A DNA stretch of 56,902 nt from Octopus bimaculoides (lineage: Eukaryota). The translations under genes were made by a program, and so were the position numbers. Location of the stretch: contig NC_068995.1 in NCBI RefSeq assembly GCF_001194135.2, forward strand, positions 6,103,506-6,160,407. The letters run 5' to 3'. Below are positions 40,986 through 53,904 of the stretch, one piece after another. The notes beneath the pieces were generated by a model that was not told the DNA's origin, searched no databases, and saw only the letters and a list, made by a program, of their open reading frames with translations. Each line of letters opens with the position of its first letter. Position 1 is the first letter of the stretch.

Positions 40986-41361
40986 ATATATTAGAAAGGA
41001 AGCCGCAAAAAGACGTAGGTTGTCGTTGTTTTGCTCCAGAATATCTGTGATCTAGCAATTTATATGATTAGAGATGTTTCGGCCTGCTTTATTTTGCAGC
41101 CATAATGTATCTATGACAACAGTAGTCAATATTTATTTCTATTAAACATTTGTGATTTATGAGAAATCTGGTTGTAATTTCTAGCAGTCACATCCAAGCA
41201 TGTCACACGTTGATATGATAATAAGGGGAAGTGTCAATAGCAAATATACTAATACAGGAGAGTTGTGGGTAGAACGCTTTTTATAATAGAATCTATATGA
41301 CAATAATCGGTGCGAAGTCTATTTGAAGGTGCGAATTATATTGGTTTCAAATAGAACAATT

Positions 41362-41835
41362 CGATAGCATCGGACCCTGTGCTCAGTTGGTGCTTATTTT
41401 ATCGACCCCGAAAGGATGAAAGGCAAAATCGTCAACTGCGGAATTTGGACTCAAAACGTTAAGATGGACGAAACACCAATAGGTATTTTGCCCGGTTCGC
41501 TAACTATTCTGCCATCTCATCGATTTAAGGAAGCAAATAATATTTTCAGGAGAGGGGTAAATCGATTGTATCAACCCTATTACATAACTGGCTCTTATTT
41601 TATCGATCCCGAGAGGAAGAAAGGCAAACTCAACCTCAGCGGAATTTGAACTAAGAACGTGGAACCGGACGAAATAATGTTAAGTATTTTTTTACGGCGT
41701 ACTAACAATTCTGGCGTCTCGCTGCTATAAAGGAGCAAATAATATCGCTTTCGAGATTTGGTACAAAGCTAGCAATTTTGATGGTACTTATTTTATCGAC
41801 CCCTAAATAATGAAAGGAAAAATTGACCTCGGCTG
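41362..41835 (-). mobile_element. Three head-to-tail SINE A copies (approx. 41362-41520, 41548-41725, 41750-41835 partial)
   Basis: Repeated ttattttatcga(c/t)ccc..a(t/a)gaaagg.aaa, and (in the first two copies) gcggaatttg.actcaaaacg and ctaac.attctg. Confidence 0.8.
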
Positions 41836-42300
41836 ATATGTATTTAAACGAGTACATTTCATCGATACACCCAACGCAAAGGTATATACTTACTAAAGTA
41901 TCTTCAACAGCGGTATATTGAGCTTGGATAATGCACTGCTAGCGAACTTTCGAAGTCACTCTCAATAAAAGTTTGCTATAAGAAATGTCTGTATATAAAT
42001 ATACTTATGTACATCTGTGTATTAATTAATTCACGCACACATACATACATACACACATATACACACACACTCACACTCACACACGCGCGCGCACACACAG
42101 ACACACCCACATATGCATATATGTGGAGAGTGGGAAGAATATACATATATTTATAATGTAGGAAATAATATGTGCGCGTGTGCGCGTGTGTAGAAACATA
42201 TAATGCTGGAAATAATATACATATGTTATATATACATATATACATACATACATACACACATATATATATATATACATTCATATATATACATATATATATG

Positions 42301-42372
<72 letters not shown>

Positions 42373-43685
42373 TGTGTGTAGAAAAACCCGGATATAATGG
42401 AACAAACACATACATATGTCCCTACATATATACAGTCATAGAAATTGCATACAAAACTTAAAAACGGATACAAACAGCTTAACGTCTATAATAATATTCG
42501 TATATACACACAATTACGTAATTGTACAGACATATCTATAATATTATATACATGAACATACTGGCAATTTTGTAGTCACATAAACATTTATAATATTATA
42601 CATACATACGCACATTTATGCAGTTGCACAAACACATCTATAATATTTCACATAAATAGACACATAGATGTGGAGTTTTGCTGGAACATACACATTTGTA
42701 ATCATATGCATAGCCACAATCACATCCATATACATTGTGTACGTACACACACGAATATAAAATAATGATTATAGTACTCCCATGTCCGATAGAAAACACT
42801 AATATACAACCTAACAATTTTGTTATGATTTTGTATTTTGTCGTTGTTGCTTTCAGATTTTCTTTTTCCTCGAAGACAAACGAGTATTGGTAGCCGAAAG
42901 CTCTCTGATATGAATTTTAAACATAACCTGTCATTTTACCCTAATTCAGAATACCAAAATTTTGTATTGAAAATAGTTTTTCTTCTTCCGATAATGGTTT
43001 TTCTATGGTGCTCTTTATATTTCGAATATTTTCAGAGAATCTGGATAGAATGCGAATATGTACAGACAATACAGGAAAATATTAGAGTCGCAACAAGCTG
43101 ACAAAATCGCCAGAAAAGCCATGTAGCCAGTAGTAATGTGTCGTAGATATTGAAACTGTTTCTACTGAGCATTAGAAGGAGGTAACTAGAAGCGTGGACG
43201 TTTTTCTGCCTTTGTTGTTGTACCTTAACAAAGTAAGCGACATCTTTAAATGGCAATATATGTTCGGCGTGTTGGAAAATGTATTAATAAATCTAGTAAA
43301 ATGATAGATAAAATATAATACTGCATGAAATATACGTTCTAAGTGCAAATCCTGATGATGTCAACATTACCTTTCACTCTCCTTGGGGTCAAGAAAACAC
43401 ATACTAAGAACCTGGATCAATATATCGAAAATACCTCATCCAGAATTTGTCTTCGTAAGACTCAAATTACATTCACAGATCCATTGAAAATAAATGCAGC
43501 TTCTTTTTCTTTTCTCTTTTTTAATCGTTTTGTTTTTAAAAGCCTTTCTTTCAAACATATGTCAAAATCGACGACAGTGACCTCTATATAACAGAGTGTG
43601 GCAAAAGAACTGAAAGATATTTAAGGCTGTGTGGCAGGAGATACACAGAGACTGTAATGATAAACTCGATAGAATCGGTAGAAAG

Positions 43686-43915
43686 GTGGCGAGCTGGCAG
43701 AATCGTTAGCACGCCGGGCGAAATGCTTAGCGGCATTTCGTCTGTCTTTAAGTTCTGAGTTCAAATTCCGCCGAGGTCGACTTTGCCTTTCATCCTTTCC
43801 GGGTCGATAAATCAAATACCAGTTACGCACTGGGGTCGATGTAATCGACTTAATCCCTTTGTCTGTGCTTGTTTGTCCCCTCTATGTTTAGCCCCCTATG
43901 GGCAATAAAGAAACA
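43686..43915 (+). mobile_element. SINE family A, best-preserved copy with a perfect 15-bp TSD
   Basis: gtggcgagctggcagaatcgttagcacgccgggcgaaatgcttagcgg..gttctgagttcaaattccgcc (B-box-like gagttcaaattcc). TSD agaatcggtagaaag at 43671-43685 and 43916-43930. Confidence 0.95.
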
Positions 43916-43967
43916 AGAATCGGTAGAAAGTTATGGTAATGTGCATTAACGGTAGCAACGAGAACAT

Positions 43968-44290
43968 AACTGGCACTCCGTGGGTTACGACAACGAGGAT
44001 CTCAGTTGATCCGATTAATGGAACAGACTGCTCGTGAAATTAATGTACAAGTGGCTGAGCACTCCACAGACACGTGCAACCTTAAGGTAGTTCTCAAGGA
44101 GATTCAGTGTGACACAGAGTATGACAACATTGGCCCTTTTAATTACAGGTACTACTCATGCTCGCTAGGTGAATGAACTGAAGCAACGTGAAATAAAGTG
44201 TCTTGCCCAAGGACGCAAGATTTCGCCGGGAGTTGAACTCACGATCTTACGATCGTGACCCGAATAACCTAACCACTGAGCCACGCGCCT
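43968..44290 (-). mobile_element. tRNA-derived SINE, family B, with CORE-like central block
   Basis: Minus strand: aggcgcgtggctcagtggttagg..gtgagttcaactcccggcg (A/B boxes), then gcgtccttgggcaagacactttatttcacgttgc (CORE/V/Meta-type 'ccttgggcaag.cactt' motif), then a 3' tail ending ..gtaacccacggagtgccag. Confidence 0.8.
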
Positions 44291-44318
44291 TTCCAACGAG
44301 AACAATAAAAGCAATAAG

Positions 44319-44490
44319 AAGGTGTGTGTTTTAACGTTTGCGTCACAGAACATGATTATAAACGAGATTGGTGGCCTGTTTCTATTGCGTCGGTCGTGTA
44401 GGAAATTGGCAGCGTTTTATTAAACTTTGCTGTGGATTTACAAATAGAAATTCTCTTTGATTTATGAAGTAGAAATATTTTAACTACATT
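44319..44490. repeat. Copy 2 of the 170-bp duplicated element (direct orientation)
   Basis: See 39658-39827. Confidence 0.9.
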
Positions 44491-45479
44491 CTGTAAAATG
44501 ATCGGTAATCTGAAGAGCATCAACTCTAGAATAGAGTTTAAAATGGCACAAATGAGTAAAAGTTGGACTCCGAGACGGTCAGGAAGTCAATAACTCCGAA
44601 TTTGGACGGCGATGACCCGTCTGACACATACAGACATGGACAAGTAGATGTAGAATGTCGTTGAGAATGATGTTGTTAAGGAGGAGGAGGAGGAGGAGGA
44701 AGAAGAAAAAGAGGAGGAGGTGGAGGAAGAAGACAATGATTATGTACAACACAGTTTTAAATACGTAGAAATACATCGTTGTTGTTAAAGCATGCATAGA
44801 TATGCTCATGCGTGGGTAAACACGTGATTTTCTGTTGATTCAATGAACATGTACACACAAATGACACACACACACATACGACATGCCTTTTTCTACTCCA
44901 CACTTCTCTGCCGCATCCCTCCTTCATTCTCTCTATCTCTTCCACAACCCACTACAACCTCACCACATCATCTAGTGTTTTACACTCATGCATAAATCTA
45001 TTGTCACACTCACGCATACATTACACATACAGTTAAATGCAGAAGAGGCGGAAAGCAATGTGATTGTGCTATATAGGCTTAATGCAAATTTATACAAGAT
45101 TTTCACAGTACCTTCTGCTTGAATAATAAGTAGTTTTCATACAAGAATATTAATTCTGGATATATTCTGCTTAACTGATGAAATTTAGCAACTCAAGCTA
45201 ATATTACGTAATGATTTTCACTTATTCCAGTTTAGGCAACAATAAATGTGAAGTGGCTGTTAAAAATTGCGCGCTATATTGGTGATAAATAGTTTAGTGA
45301 CGTTTGTAATGCATGCAAATTGAAAATAAATGTTTTGGGCAATTATAATTTTGTACAATCAATAAATTGCACTATTTACATCCCCAGTGGGTAAATGTCT
45401 AAAAATCGATTGTAAATCAATTGGAAATATGCAGAATCCAAGCTGCGTAAACGAAAGAGACGTTACTCGGGTTGAGCCT

Positions 45480-45800
45480 ACAGCAAGTTCATCTTCTAAA
45501 GTAATATATGAGCGAAGAAAAAATACGGAAATAAAATATTATGGAACTTCTATTGCTTAGGGTTTCACCCGAATTGGGGACAAAGCTAAGCCAAGCGTAG
45601 AGTGTAGAGGGGTGTCATTAAAATCATTTAAAATCTGGTTGCAGGGAAATTTAGAACCATCACATTCGAATTTAAAATACCCGAGAACAATTTTAAAGGA
45701 AAACGTGGATCTGAACGAAAGTGTAGGTCCATCTTCGTCATTTATGCCAAAAAAAAAAAACAACCAAGAAAAGAAATACGGAAGAATATATAAAATATAC
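45480..45800 (+). mobile_element. Possible hAT (Charlie/Buster/ZBED5-type) transposase N-terminal fossil
   Basis: Mixed frames: KKIRK..LLL.GFTRIGDKAKP..VECRGV..LQGNLEPSHSNLK..EQF*RK, resembling the RKY..YL..GFT..GD...P.CV.C..L..HLETKH..K.K..FF.RK zinc-finger region. Heavily decayed. Confidence 0.4.
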
Positions 45801-46319
45801 ATAGTAAAACATTGAACAAATGATTTGACGATATGTATTGTAGATGTTATATATGTTTATATGATATTAATATCGCCGTTATTTGTAATAATACGGTTGC
45901 CTGGCGAATTCATGAAATCTCAAATGTTTCAGAAAGTGGTCTATCAAGATTAGTTCAAATTTGTTCGATTATCTTCTCGTTAATTGATGCATCAACAGAT
46001 GTGGGTCTAACAATGTTCTTTGTGGCTCAACAATTCTGTTGCAGAATTAGTCATTAACAAAGAATTCTTAATCTGCTAGACAATGGGTAATCATACGTCA
46101 AGGAAACACTGCTGAAGTTAAATTTAATTAATGTGTCCTGCGAGTATTTGGGCTGATGGACTTGCAGTAATAATAAAGAATGTGTCATATTTTTACTTCA
46201 TATGAACTAAAACATATACAATACCCATTGTTTTCTTCGCCTTTAAAAACCAGCAATAAAATGGTAATGTGGGTCTCAAAGTTTGAAACGAACTGTAAAT
46301 ATTTTTTCCAAATCTCGAA

Positions 46320-46525
46320 AGCGGCAAGCTTTCAGAATTGTTAGCACGACGGCCAATATGCTTAGTAGCATTTCGTCTGTCTTTACGTTCTGAGTTCAAA
46401 TTTCACCGAAGTCAACTTTTCCTTTTGTCTTTTCGGGGCTGATAAAATAAGTAGGAGTTGGGCAGTGGGTTTAATTTAATCGGCTTGTCTTCTCCCTCGA
46501 GCTTGTTCCAAAATTGGAAAGCAAT
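46320..46525 (+). mobile_element. SINE family A, full length, degenerate
   Basis: gcggcaagctttcagaattgttagcacgacggccaatatgcttagtagcatttcgtctgtctttacgttctgagttcaaatt..ttttcggggctgataaaataagt..cttgttccaaaattggaaagc. Confidence 0.85.
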
Positions 46526-46671
46526 ATTACTATAAATCTCATTACTTTTATTTAATCAGGTTCATTAAATGCAATAAACTTTAATATTTATATGAAACTA
46601 TGCAGGCCCTGCATTCACATGTATTATTATTCTGACCAGGACTGGTTATCGCATAGAACATAGCTGGCGAC

Positions 46672-46716
<45 letters not shown>

Positions 46717-47120
46717 ACCAAATCACATTAAGAAATTGGATTATTTGCATTTGGACATCTTTAAACTTTGTGCAAACCTTTCAGTGTTGCATGGTAAAAG
46801 TGGTAAAATTTTCTGATATCGTCTCCGATTTCAATCTTGTTTTTCATAGTAATAATAAAAGATGTTGCAAAGGCGAAAGTCAAATGAATGCACTTACGTG
46901 TAAATTAAGACTATTTAGTATCTTGAAGATCATAGTAGATTCATTTTACTATCAATTAATACTAATATTTTTTTTAAGTTGAAATAGACAAGATTCAATT
47001 TCGTAGCTTTTGTCTGATACGATTAATCAACAAAAGCAGCAGTAACGACGACAACAACAACAACAACACCAAAATCAACGGGCCCCATCTCAAGTTCATG
47101 CACTGTTTATCTTGATTTAA

Positions 47121-47260
47121 GGTCACCATATCGGGCATATATGGTTGTGATACATGTGCCTGGTGTACCCTTATCAAATGGGTAGTCATGATGGATATAC
47201 TGATCTTATATTTTACCCTAGTGTCACTTTGATGGCAAGAACTGCTCTTTTACTCAATAA
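47121..47260 (+). mobile_element. Dispersed repeat X, second copy, ending in (TAA)n
   Basis: ggtcaccatatcgggcatatatggttgtgatacatgtgcctggtgtacccttatcaaatgggtag; homologous to 33701-33855. Confidence 0.8.
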
Positions 47261-47286
47261 TAATAATAATATTAATAATAATAATA

Positions 47287-47472
47287 ATTTTGGCACAAAG
47301 TAAGTAATATCGGGGAAAAGGTAAGTCGATTACATCAACCCCATTTCTCAACTCAAAATGGAGGAAGTGCAAAGTGGACCTTGGTGGAATTTGAAACTCA
47401 GAACATAAACACGGGCGAAATGCCGGGAAGCATTGTGCCCAACCCGGTAACGTTTCTTCCAGCTCACGGACT
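47287..47472 (-). mobile_element. SINE family A, degenerate
   Basis: aattttggcacaa..gtcgattacatcaacccc..gaatttgaaactcagaaca..gggcgaaatgccg..ccagctcac. Confidence 0.8.
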
Positions 47473-47539
47473 TTAATAATAAGAATCATCATTTTTACTG
47501 AAGGTGGTGGTGGTGTTATTATATGAAAACTCACTGCTT

Positions 47540-47830
47540 ATTTTGTTGGGTACAATGGAAATTGTCTGCTGTCCACAGCCAGCAGACTAAAGTAACACTT
47601 GTTTACTGGTCCTGCTTCAAGAACCCTGCGAAGAGTTCTTGCAGTTCCAACCAATGCTGATTTTTGTAGGTGTTCTACCTTCACACTTGCACCGATCTCT
47701 TTCAGCCATGTTGGTAGTTCAGTGCTGATAATTCCGAGTGCACCAGTTATTACTGGTATCACGTCCACTCTCCTCATTGACCGCAAACTTCGTATTTCTC
47801 TTCACAGCATGTCTTCTCACTTCGCAAGAA
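47540..47830 (-). mobile_element. RLE-type (R4/Dong-like) LINE 3' end
   Basis: REIRSLRSMRRVDVIPVITGALGIISTELPTWLKEIGASVKVEHLQKSALVGTARTLRRVLE, followed by a short 3' UTR. Confidence 0.88.
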
Positions 47831-47914
47831 TACTGCATTGCGCTCTTCCACTGGACGACAATACGAGTCACAATTACTATATCATTCACACCCTTAGTAG
47901 CAATTTGGGTGTTG

Positions 47915-48075
47915 TGGTGAGTTCACCACTTATCACAGGAATAATAATAAAAACTGTTCCACAATCATCTAATCTCTCTGGATACGTCCTGATATTTCAC
48001 CATTTTCTCAATGTCGTTCTTCTCCACTCTACTACTATATGGGATTCAAATATCAGTAATCTTACATTGTTTCCA
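47915..48075 (-). mobile_element. Second, more decayed RLE endonuclease fragment
   Basis: KQCKITDI*IPYSSRVEKNDIEKMVKYQDVSREIR*LWN..IIPVISGEL. Confidence 0.7.
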
Positions 48076-48726
48076 GTTATTCCATTACCGTCCCATTTTG
48101 TTCGTTTGGGAAAAAATAATAGCAAGGGCAATAAGTAGCTATGGGAAGCGGCTAACAGGCAGTTCATAGAGAGATGGAACGTTCGTCCTCTGCAACTCCT
48201 GGGCGGGCCATGGTTTCTACGGTCTAACCAATACAGACTACTATATACATTCAGAGATGCTCAATTTATAAAGTAAACGACAAATACGTCTATGTGTTCT
48301 TTCAAACAACTGGAAATTACTGCTAAATATATCCTAAATGAAATGGTCATTCGATACTATAATCGTACATACACAGAATAAGATTAAACAGCAACAAAAA
48401 CACACAAAAAAACAGCAGTAAAAACAACGGCAGGAAGAGCGTTAAGTGATAAGGAAACCACACGATGGATATTATTGGCCAGCAGGCTACGCGAAGAGCG
48501 TGATGATCACGGATGTAACGTGTATTATCGTAGGTCATCTCAATCACGTATGGCCAGGGGCTAAACAAAACCATTCAATCAACCAATCAATCAATCAATC
48601 GGCTGCTGAATCAATACCGCCTTTGAAAAGGGACTTCAAATGGCGTACCTCCCTGGATTAAGCTGTGTCAATACACTCCATTTAACGTCCATTATTGATT
48701 CACATATACACATGTATATGTGTATA

Positions 48727-48767
<41 letters not shown>

Positions 48768-49985
48768 NNNNNNNNNNNNNNNNNNNNNNNNNNNNNNNNN
48801 NNNNNNNNNNNNNNNNNNNNNNNNNNNNNNNNNNNNNNNNNNNNNNNNNNNNNNNNNNNNNNNNNNNNNNNNNNNNNNNNNNNNNNNNNNNNNNNNNNNN
48901 NNNNNNNNNNNNNNNNNNNNNNNNNNNNNNNNNNNNNNNNNNNNNNNNNNNNNNNNNNNNNNNNNNNNNNNNNNNNNNNNNNNNNNNNNNNNNNNNNNNN
49001 NNNNNNNNNNNNNNNNNNNNNNNNNNNNNNNNNNNNNNNNNNNNNNNNNNNNNNNNNNNNNNNNNNNNNNNNNNNNNNNNNNNNNNNNNNNNNNNNNNNN
49101 NNNNNNNNNNNNNNNNNNNNNNNNNNNNNNNNNNNNNNNNNNNNNNNNNNNNNNNNNNNNNNNNNNNNNNNNNNNNNNNNNNNNNNNNNNNNNNNNNNNN
49201 NNNNNNNNNNNNNNNNNNNNNNNNNNNNNNNNNNNNNNNNNNNNNNNNNNNNNNNNNNNNNNNNNNNNNNNNNNNNNNNNNNNNNNNNNNNNNNNNNNNN
49301 NNNNNNNNNNNNNNNNNNNNNNNNNNNNNNNNNNNNNNNNNNNNNNNNNNNNNNNNNNNNNNNNNNNNNNNNNNNNNNNNNNNNNNNNNNNNNNNNNNNN
49401 NNNNNNNNNNNNNNNNNNNNNNNNNNNNATATATATACATATATATATATATATACATATATATATACATATACATATGTGCGTGTGCATATATTTATAA
49501 ATGTATATATGTGTGTATATACATATGTATATATCTGTGTGTGTGTTTGTATGTATGTGCGTATGAATGTATGTATGTAGGTGTATGCGTGTATGAAGAG
49601 TTTCACTTTGGCATCCGCGTTATCTGATATCGCATAGTTGAACGTTGAGTCAATTTGCCTCTGGCCAGTTTTCTCCAAGTTCAGCACAAAACTTTTAACT
49701 AACACACATTATCAAACAGCACGTTCGTAACCTAGGGACATTCTAGGAATCAGGCAAATAGTATTAAATATATGGTAGTTTCACTTTGTAGAAGCCTGAT
49801 ATCAACAACTGTGCTTTTATTTCTGAGAGAGGTAAAGCAGAGGAGTGAAATGACCAAACCTTCTGATCTTTACCTAGCCATCAACAACGGCTTCGACATC
49901 TTTCATATATACAGAAAACATCAGAGACATTATGGATGTATTTGTATACACACGCACACACACACACACACACTCGCGCACATAG

Positions 49986-50021
<36 letters not shown>

Positions 50022-50957
50022 GCGCACATAGAAACNNNNNNNNNNNNNNNNNNNNNNNNNNNNNNNNNNNNNNNNNNNNNNNNNNNNNNNNNNNNNNNNN
50101 NNNNNNNNNNNNNNNNNNNNNNNNNNNNNNNNNNNNNNNNNNNNNNNNNNNNNNNNNNNNNNNNNNNNNNNNNNNNNNNNNNNNNNNNNNNNNNNNNNNN
50201 NNNNNNNNNNNNNNNNNNNNNNNNNNNNNNNNNNNNNNNNNNNNNNNNNNNNNNNNNNNNNNNNNNNNNNNNNNNNNNNNNNNNNNNNNNNNNNNNNNNN
50301 NNNNNNNNNNNNNNNNNNNNNNNNNNNNNNNNNNNNNNNNNTATATATATATATATATGCATGTATGTACGTATATAAAAATATAAATGCAGACATAAGA
50401 GTCATTTATATAGATATATGTAAAATATATATCTATAAAAATGTCTCCACTCACACGTATATATCCATATGTGTGTGTATACATATACATAGGTTTATTT
50501 GTATGTATATATGCATATATATGTATATGTACACACACACACATACACACATATCTTTACACATAAATGTACGCATGTATTTATGTATGTATATTTTTAG
50601 CTTGTGTGTGAGTGTATGTGTGTGTCTGTGTGTGCGTGTGAGTGTGTTACAGACGCATCATTTGAAGTGTTATTTATCAAGGAATTTTCCAAACTACATG
50701 CTTGGGGTAAATAACTTGGTAGATCACACATTTAATTTAGGTGAAATTGATATATCTGGCAGATATACGTAATCAAATTTTATATTCCGCACCACAACAC
50801 ATACGCAATCGGGTAGATGCTAAAAAATAACGCAGATACATCTGTATATGTACCGATATAAAAAAAATCATATGTAACAACATATACACATTCATCCATC
50901 CATTTATTTCTCCATCATCTATCAATCTATCTGTCTATTTATTCATCTATCTACCAG

Positions 50958-50996
<39 letters not shown>

Positions 50997-51723
50997 NNNN
51001 NNNNNNNNNNNNNNNNNNNNNNNNNNNNNNNNNNNNNNNNNNNNNNNNNNNNNNNNNNNNNNNNNNNNNNNNNNNNNNNNNNNNNNNNNNNNNNNNNNNN
51101 NNNNNNNNNNNNNNNNNNNNNNNNNNNNNNNNNNNNNNNNNNNNNNNNNNNNNNNNNNNNNNNNNNNNNNNNNNNNNNNNNNNNNNNNNNNNNNNNNNNN
51201 NNNNNNNNNNNNNNNNNNNNNNNNNNNNNNNNNNNNNNNNNNNNNNNNNNNNNNNNNNNNNNNNNNNNNNNNNNNNNNNNNNNNNNNNNNNNNNNNNNNN
51301 NNNNNNNNNNNNNNNNNNNNNNNNNNNNNNNNNNNNNNNNNNNNNNNNNNNNNNNNNNNNNNNNNNNNNNNNNNNNNNNNNNNNNNNNNNNNNNNNNNNN
51401 NNNNNNNNNNNNNNNNNNNNNNNNNNNNNNNNNNNNNNNNNNNNNNNNNNNNNNNNNNNNNNNNNNNNNNNNNNNNNNNNNNNNNNNNNNNNNNNNNNNN
51501 NNNNNNNNNNNNNNNNNNNNNNNNNNNNNNNNNNNNNNNNNNNNNNNNNNNNNNNNNNNNNNNNNNNNNNNNNNNNNNNNNNNNNNNNNNNNNNNNNNNN
51601 NNNNNNNNNNNNNNNNNNNNNNNNNNNNNNNNNNNNNNNNNNNNNNNNNNNNNNNNNNNNNNNNNNNNNNNNNNNNNNNNNNNNNNNNNNNNNNNNNNNN
51701 NNNNNNNNNNNNNNATATATATA

Positions 51724-51773
<50 letters not shown>

Positions 51774-53480
51774 TATATGTGAATTGCATAAATATATGAG
51801 TGTGTGTACACACACACACACATATATATACATAATACACACACTTGTATATGAATGTATATATTTGCGTGTGTATGTGCGTGTGTGTGTGTGTGTGTGT
51901 GGTTATAACACTGTTTGTGATAGCGAAATAGTTCCTGGCAGAGAATCAGTGAATACTTCTTCTCCAAGCTGCCTTTAGTTCGATAATTCCAATTATTCGA
52001 TTGCAAATGTTGACCTCTGCAGGTCAGAGCGTTTTTCCCCCGCTTCGTTCACCTTTTTTTTTCTTTTTTTTTCCCACAACGAACGATAAATAAAACACTT
52101 TCGGAATAATGCCGTAATTTTTTTCTTTAGTTAAGGAGATTCATGAGAGAAAACGGAATAGAAATTGCTCGAAACATTGAAGAATTGTGAGAAATGACGT
52201 TATTCATTGCAGATGTAGTTTCACCTACACACACAAAGTAACGCAGTGGCGTACATTCACACATTAGAAAACACGTGCATACACCTTGAAAGACACACAG
52301 AAACTCATACACGTGTGTCTTTATGTGTCTTCCTTAACCTGAAATATCAAGAACGAAATGTAAAATTTCGTAATATCGTTATTGATGTCATTATATCTCT
52401 GTCGTTTTCTGCACCAACCAAACAGTATTGTAACATTGAAAAACAAGTCAAGTGAGGCGCTTAATCATATATTTTCGATTCCTCTGTGACAATTGTTGTG
52501 GAATTCTGCAGGAAAAGAAACCATTTTGCCTTAAACCAGCAGAAACCAGATGAATTCATCTTGGATTATGCACGTTGTAGGAAAGAAGGTGAAGAAAATC
52601 CAAAACAAAAATTTAAAGAACAAACTTTCCTCGGAATATCTCGAATGCCAGGCTCTTTATTAGAACGCATTTAAGTTTATAGATTCGTTCAAGGAATATC
52701 GACATCCCACACATATTTAACGGGAATTCTTCACTTTCCAAAGGAATATATGTCCATCCCCAGGTATCTAACATGGAAAAAAAAACATGGGAATATTTTG
52801 GTAAAATATTCTTCGCACCAGTGAAACAATATGGAAAGCTCTAGAAAACTGTTGTAACTGCGTCTTAGATCTCTGTTTTAACGGAATTTCCAGCAAGTTC
52901 ACAAACTATTCACGGCCTGCAAATGCATACTTACTGGAGCGCGTGGCTATGTGATTAAATACTCCAGTAGAAATCTTGAGAAACTAGATTTTATAAAACA
53001 AAAAAGAATAGCCTAATAAGGATATTACTACCCCAAGATACCAGTGGTATTGCTAAAATATGTAAAACAATCCGGAAATTCAGCTTGTAATACGCTTCAT
53101 TTATGTAATAGCATGCACTCGGACTGTTGAAATGGATTTATAAGTTCACATATAACATCCAGAAGTACATCTTTTGCTCTCCGTTAAAATTATACTCATG
53201 TTACATGTAAATTTAATGTAAAAATTTGTAATTAAATTATTGAGTACTAACTGAAACGGCTGTAAGATGCGAAGAAGAACAAATTGTTGATAATAATACA
53301 CAATTATTAACTTCCTAATCTGCATTTTCTTTTCTTCGTTTAAATGGATATAAACTATAAGCTTAATATGCACCTATTGTTTTAAGGGAATTTCATTCGC
53401 TAATAACTGTAGGTATTGAACAAGTATTTCCTTGGATGAAGCCATCCCTTCATGAGGTTAACACAACCTCTAATTGAATT

Positions 53481-53514
<34 letters not shown>

Positions 53515-53856
53515 CGTGCATGTATACATATATATATAAATTTGTTTGATATCCAAATTTCAATAGAAACGCGCACGTACAGACACGTACCTGCGTACGG
53601 ACATACATACATACATGCATATATGAATGCTATCATTATTTCTAATTTACCATAGAGATATTTGGCACCAAATGGCAAGACTGGACTGTAATACTTATGG
53701 GAGGTACTAATTTTTCGCAATAACGTTTTTAAAGTGTATTTAGGTATACACTACAAGATGTATAGGTTAACCGAAATATCTATCAATTTGTTTAATGATA
53801 TATCTTACCACCCATCTCCTTTCCTGCCGCTGTCCCCACTCACCTCTCACTTTCCG

Positions 53857-53904
<48 letters not shown>

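Noticed and set aside
39658-44490. The two 170-bp copies as LTRs of one intact retrotransposon
   Set aside because: No shared TSD, PBS/PPT or gag/pol sequence between them; the interval holds SINEs, microsatellites and a gap.
49950-50035. Tandem duplication of cactcgcgcacatagaaac next to a gap
   Set aside because: It abuts an N run and is most likely an assembly-edge artefact or a trivial (CA)n-derived repeat.
52486-52674. 62-aa ORF (NQQKPDEFILDYAR) as a Gypsy gag fragment or exon
   Set aside because: The resemblance is limited to a few residues and there is no supporting flanking retroelement sequence.
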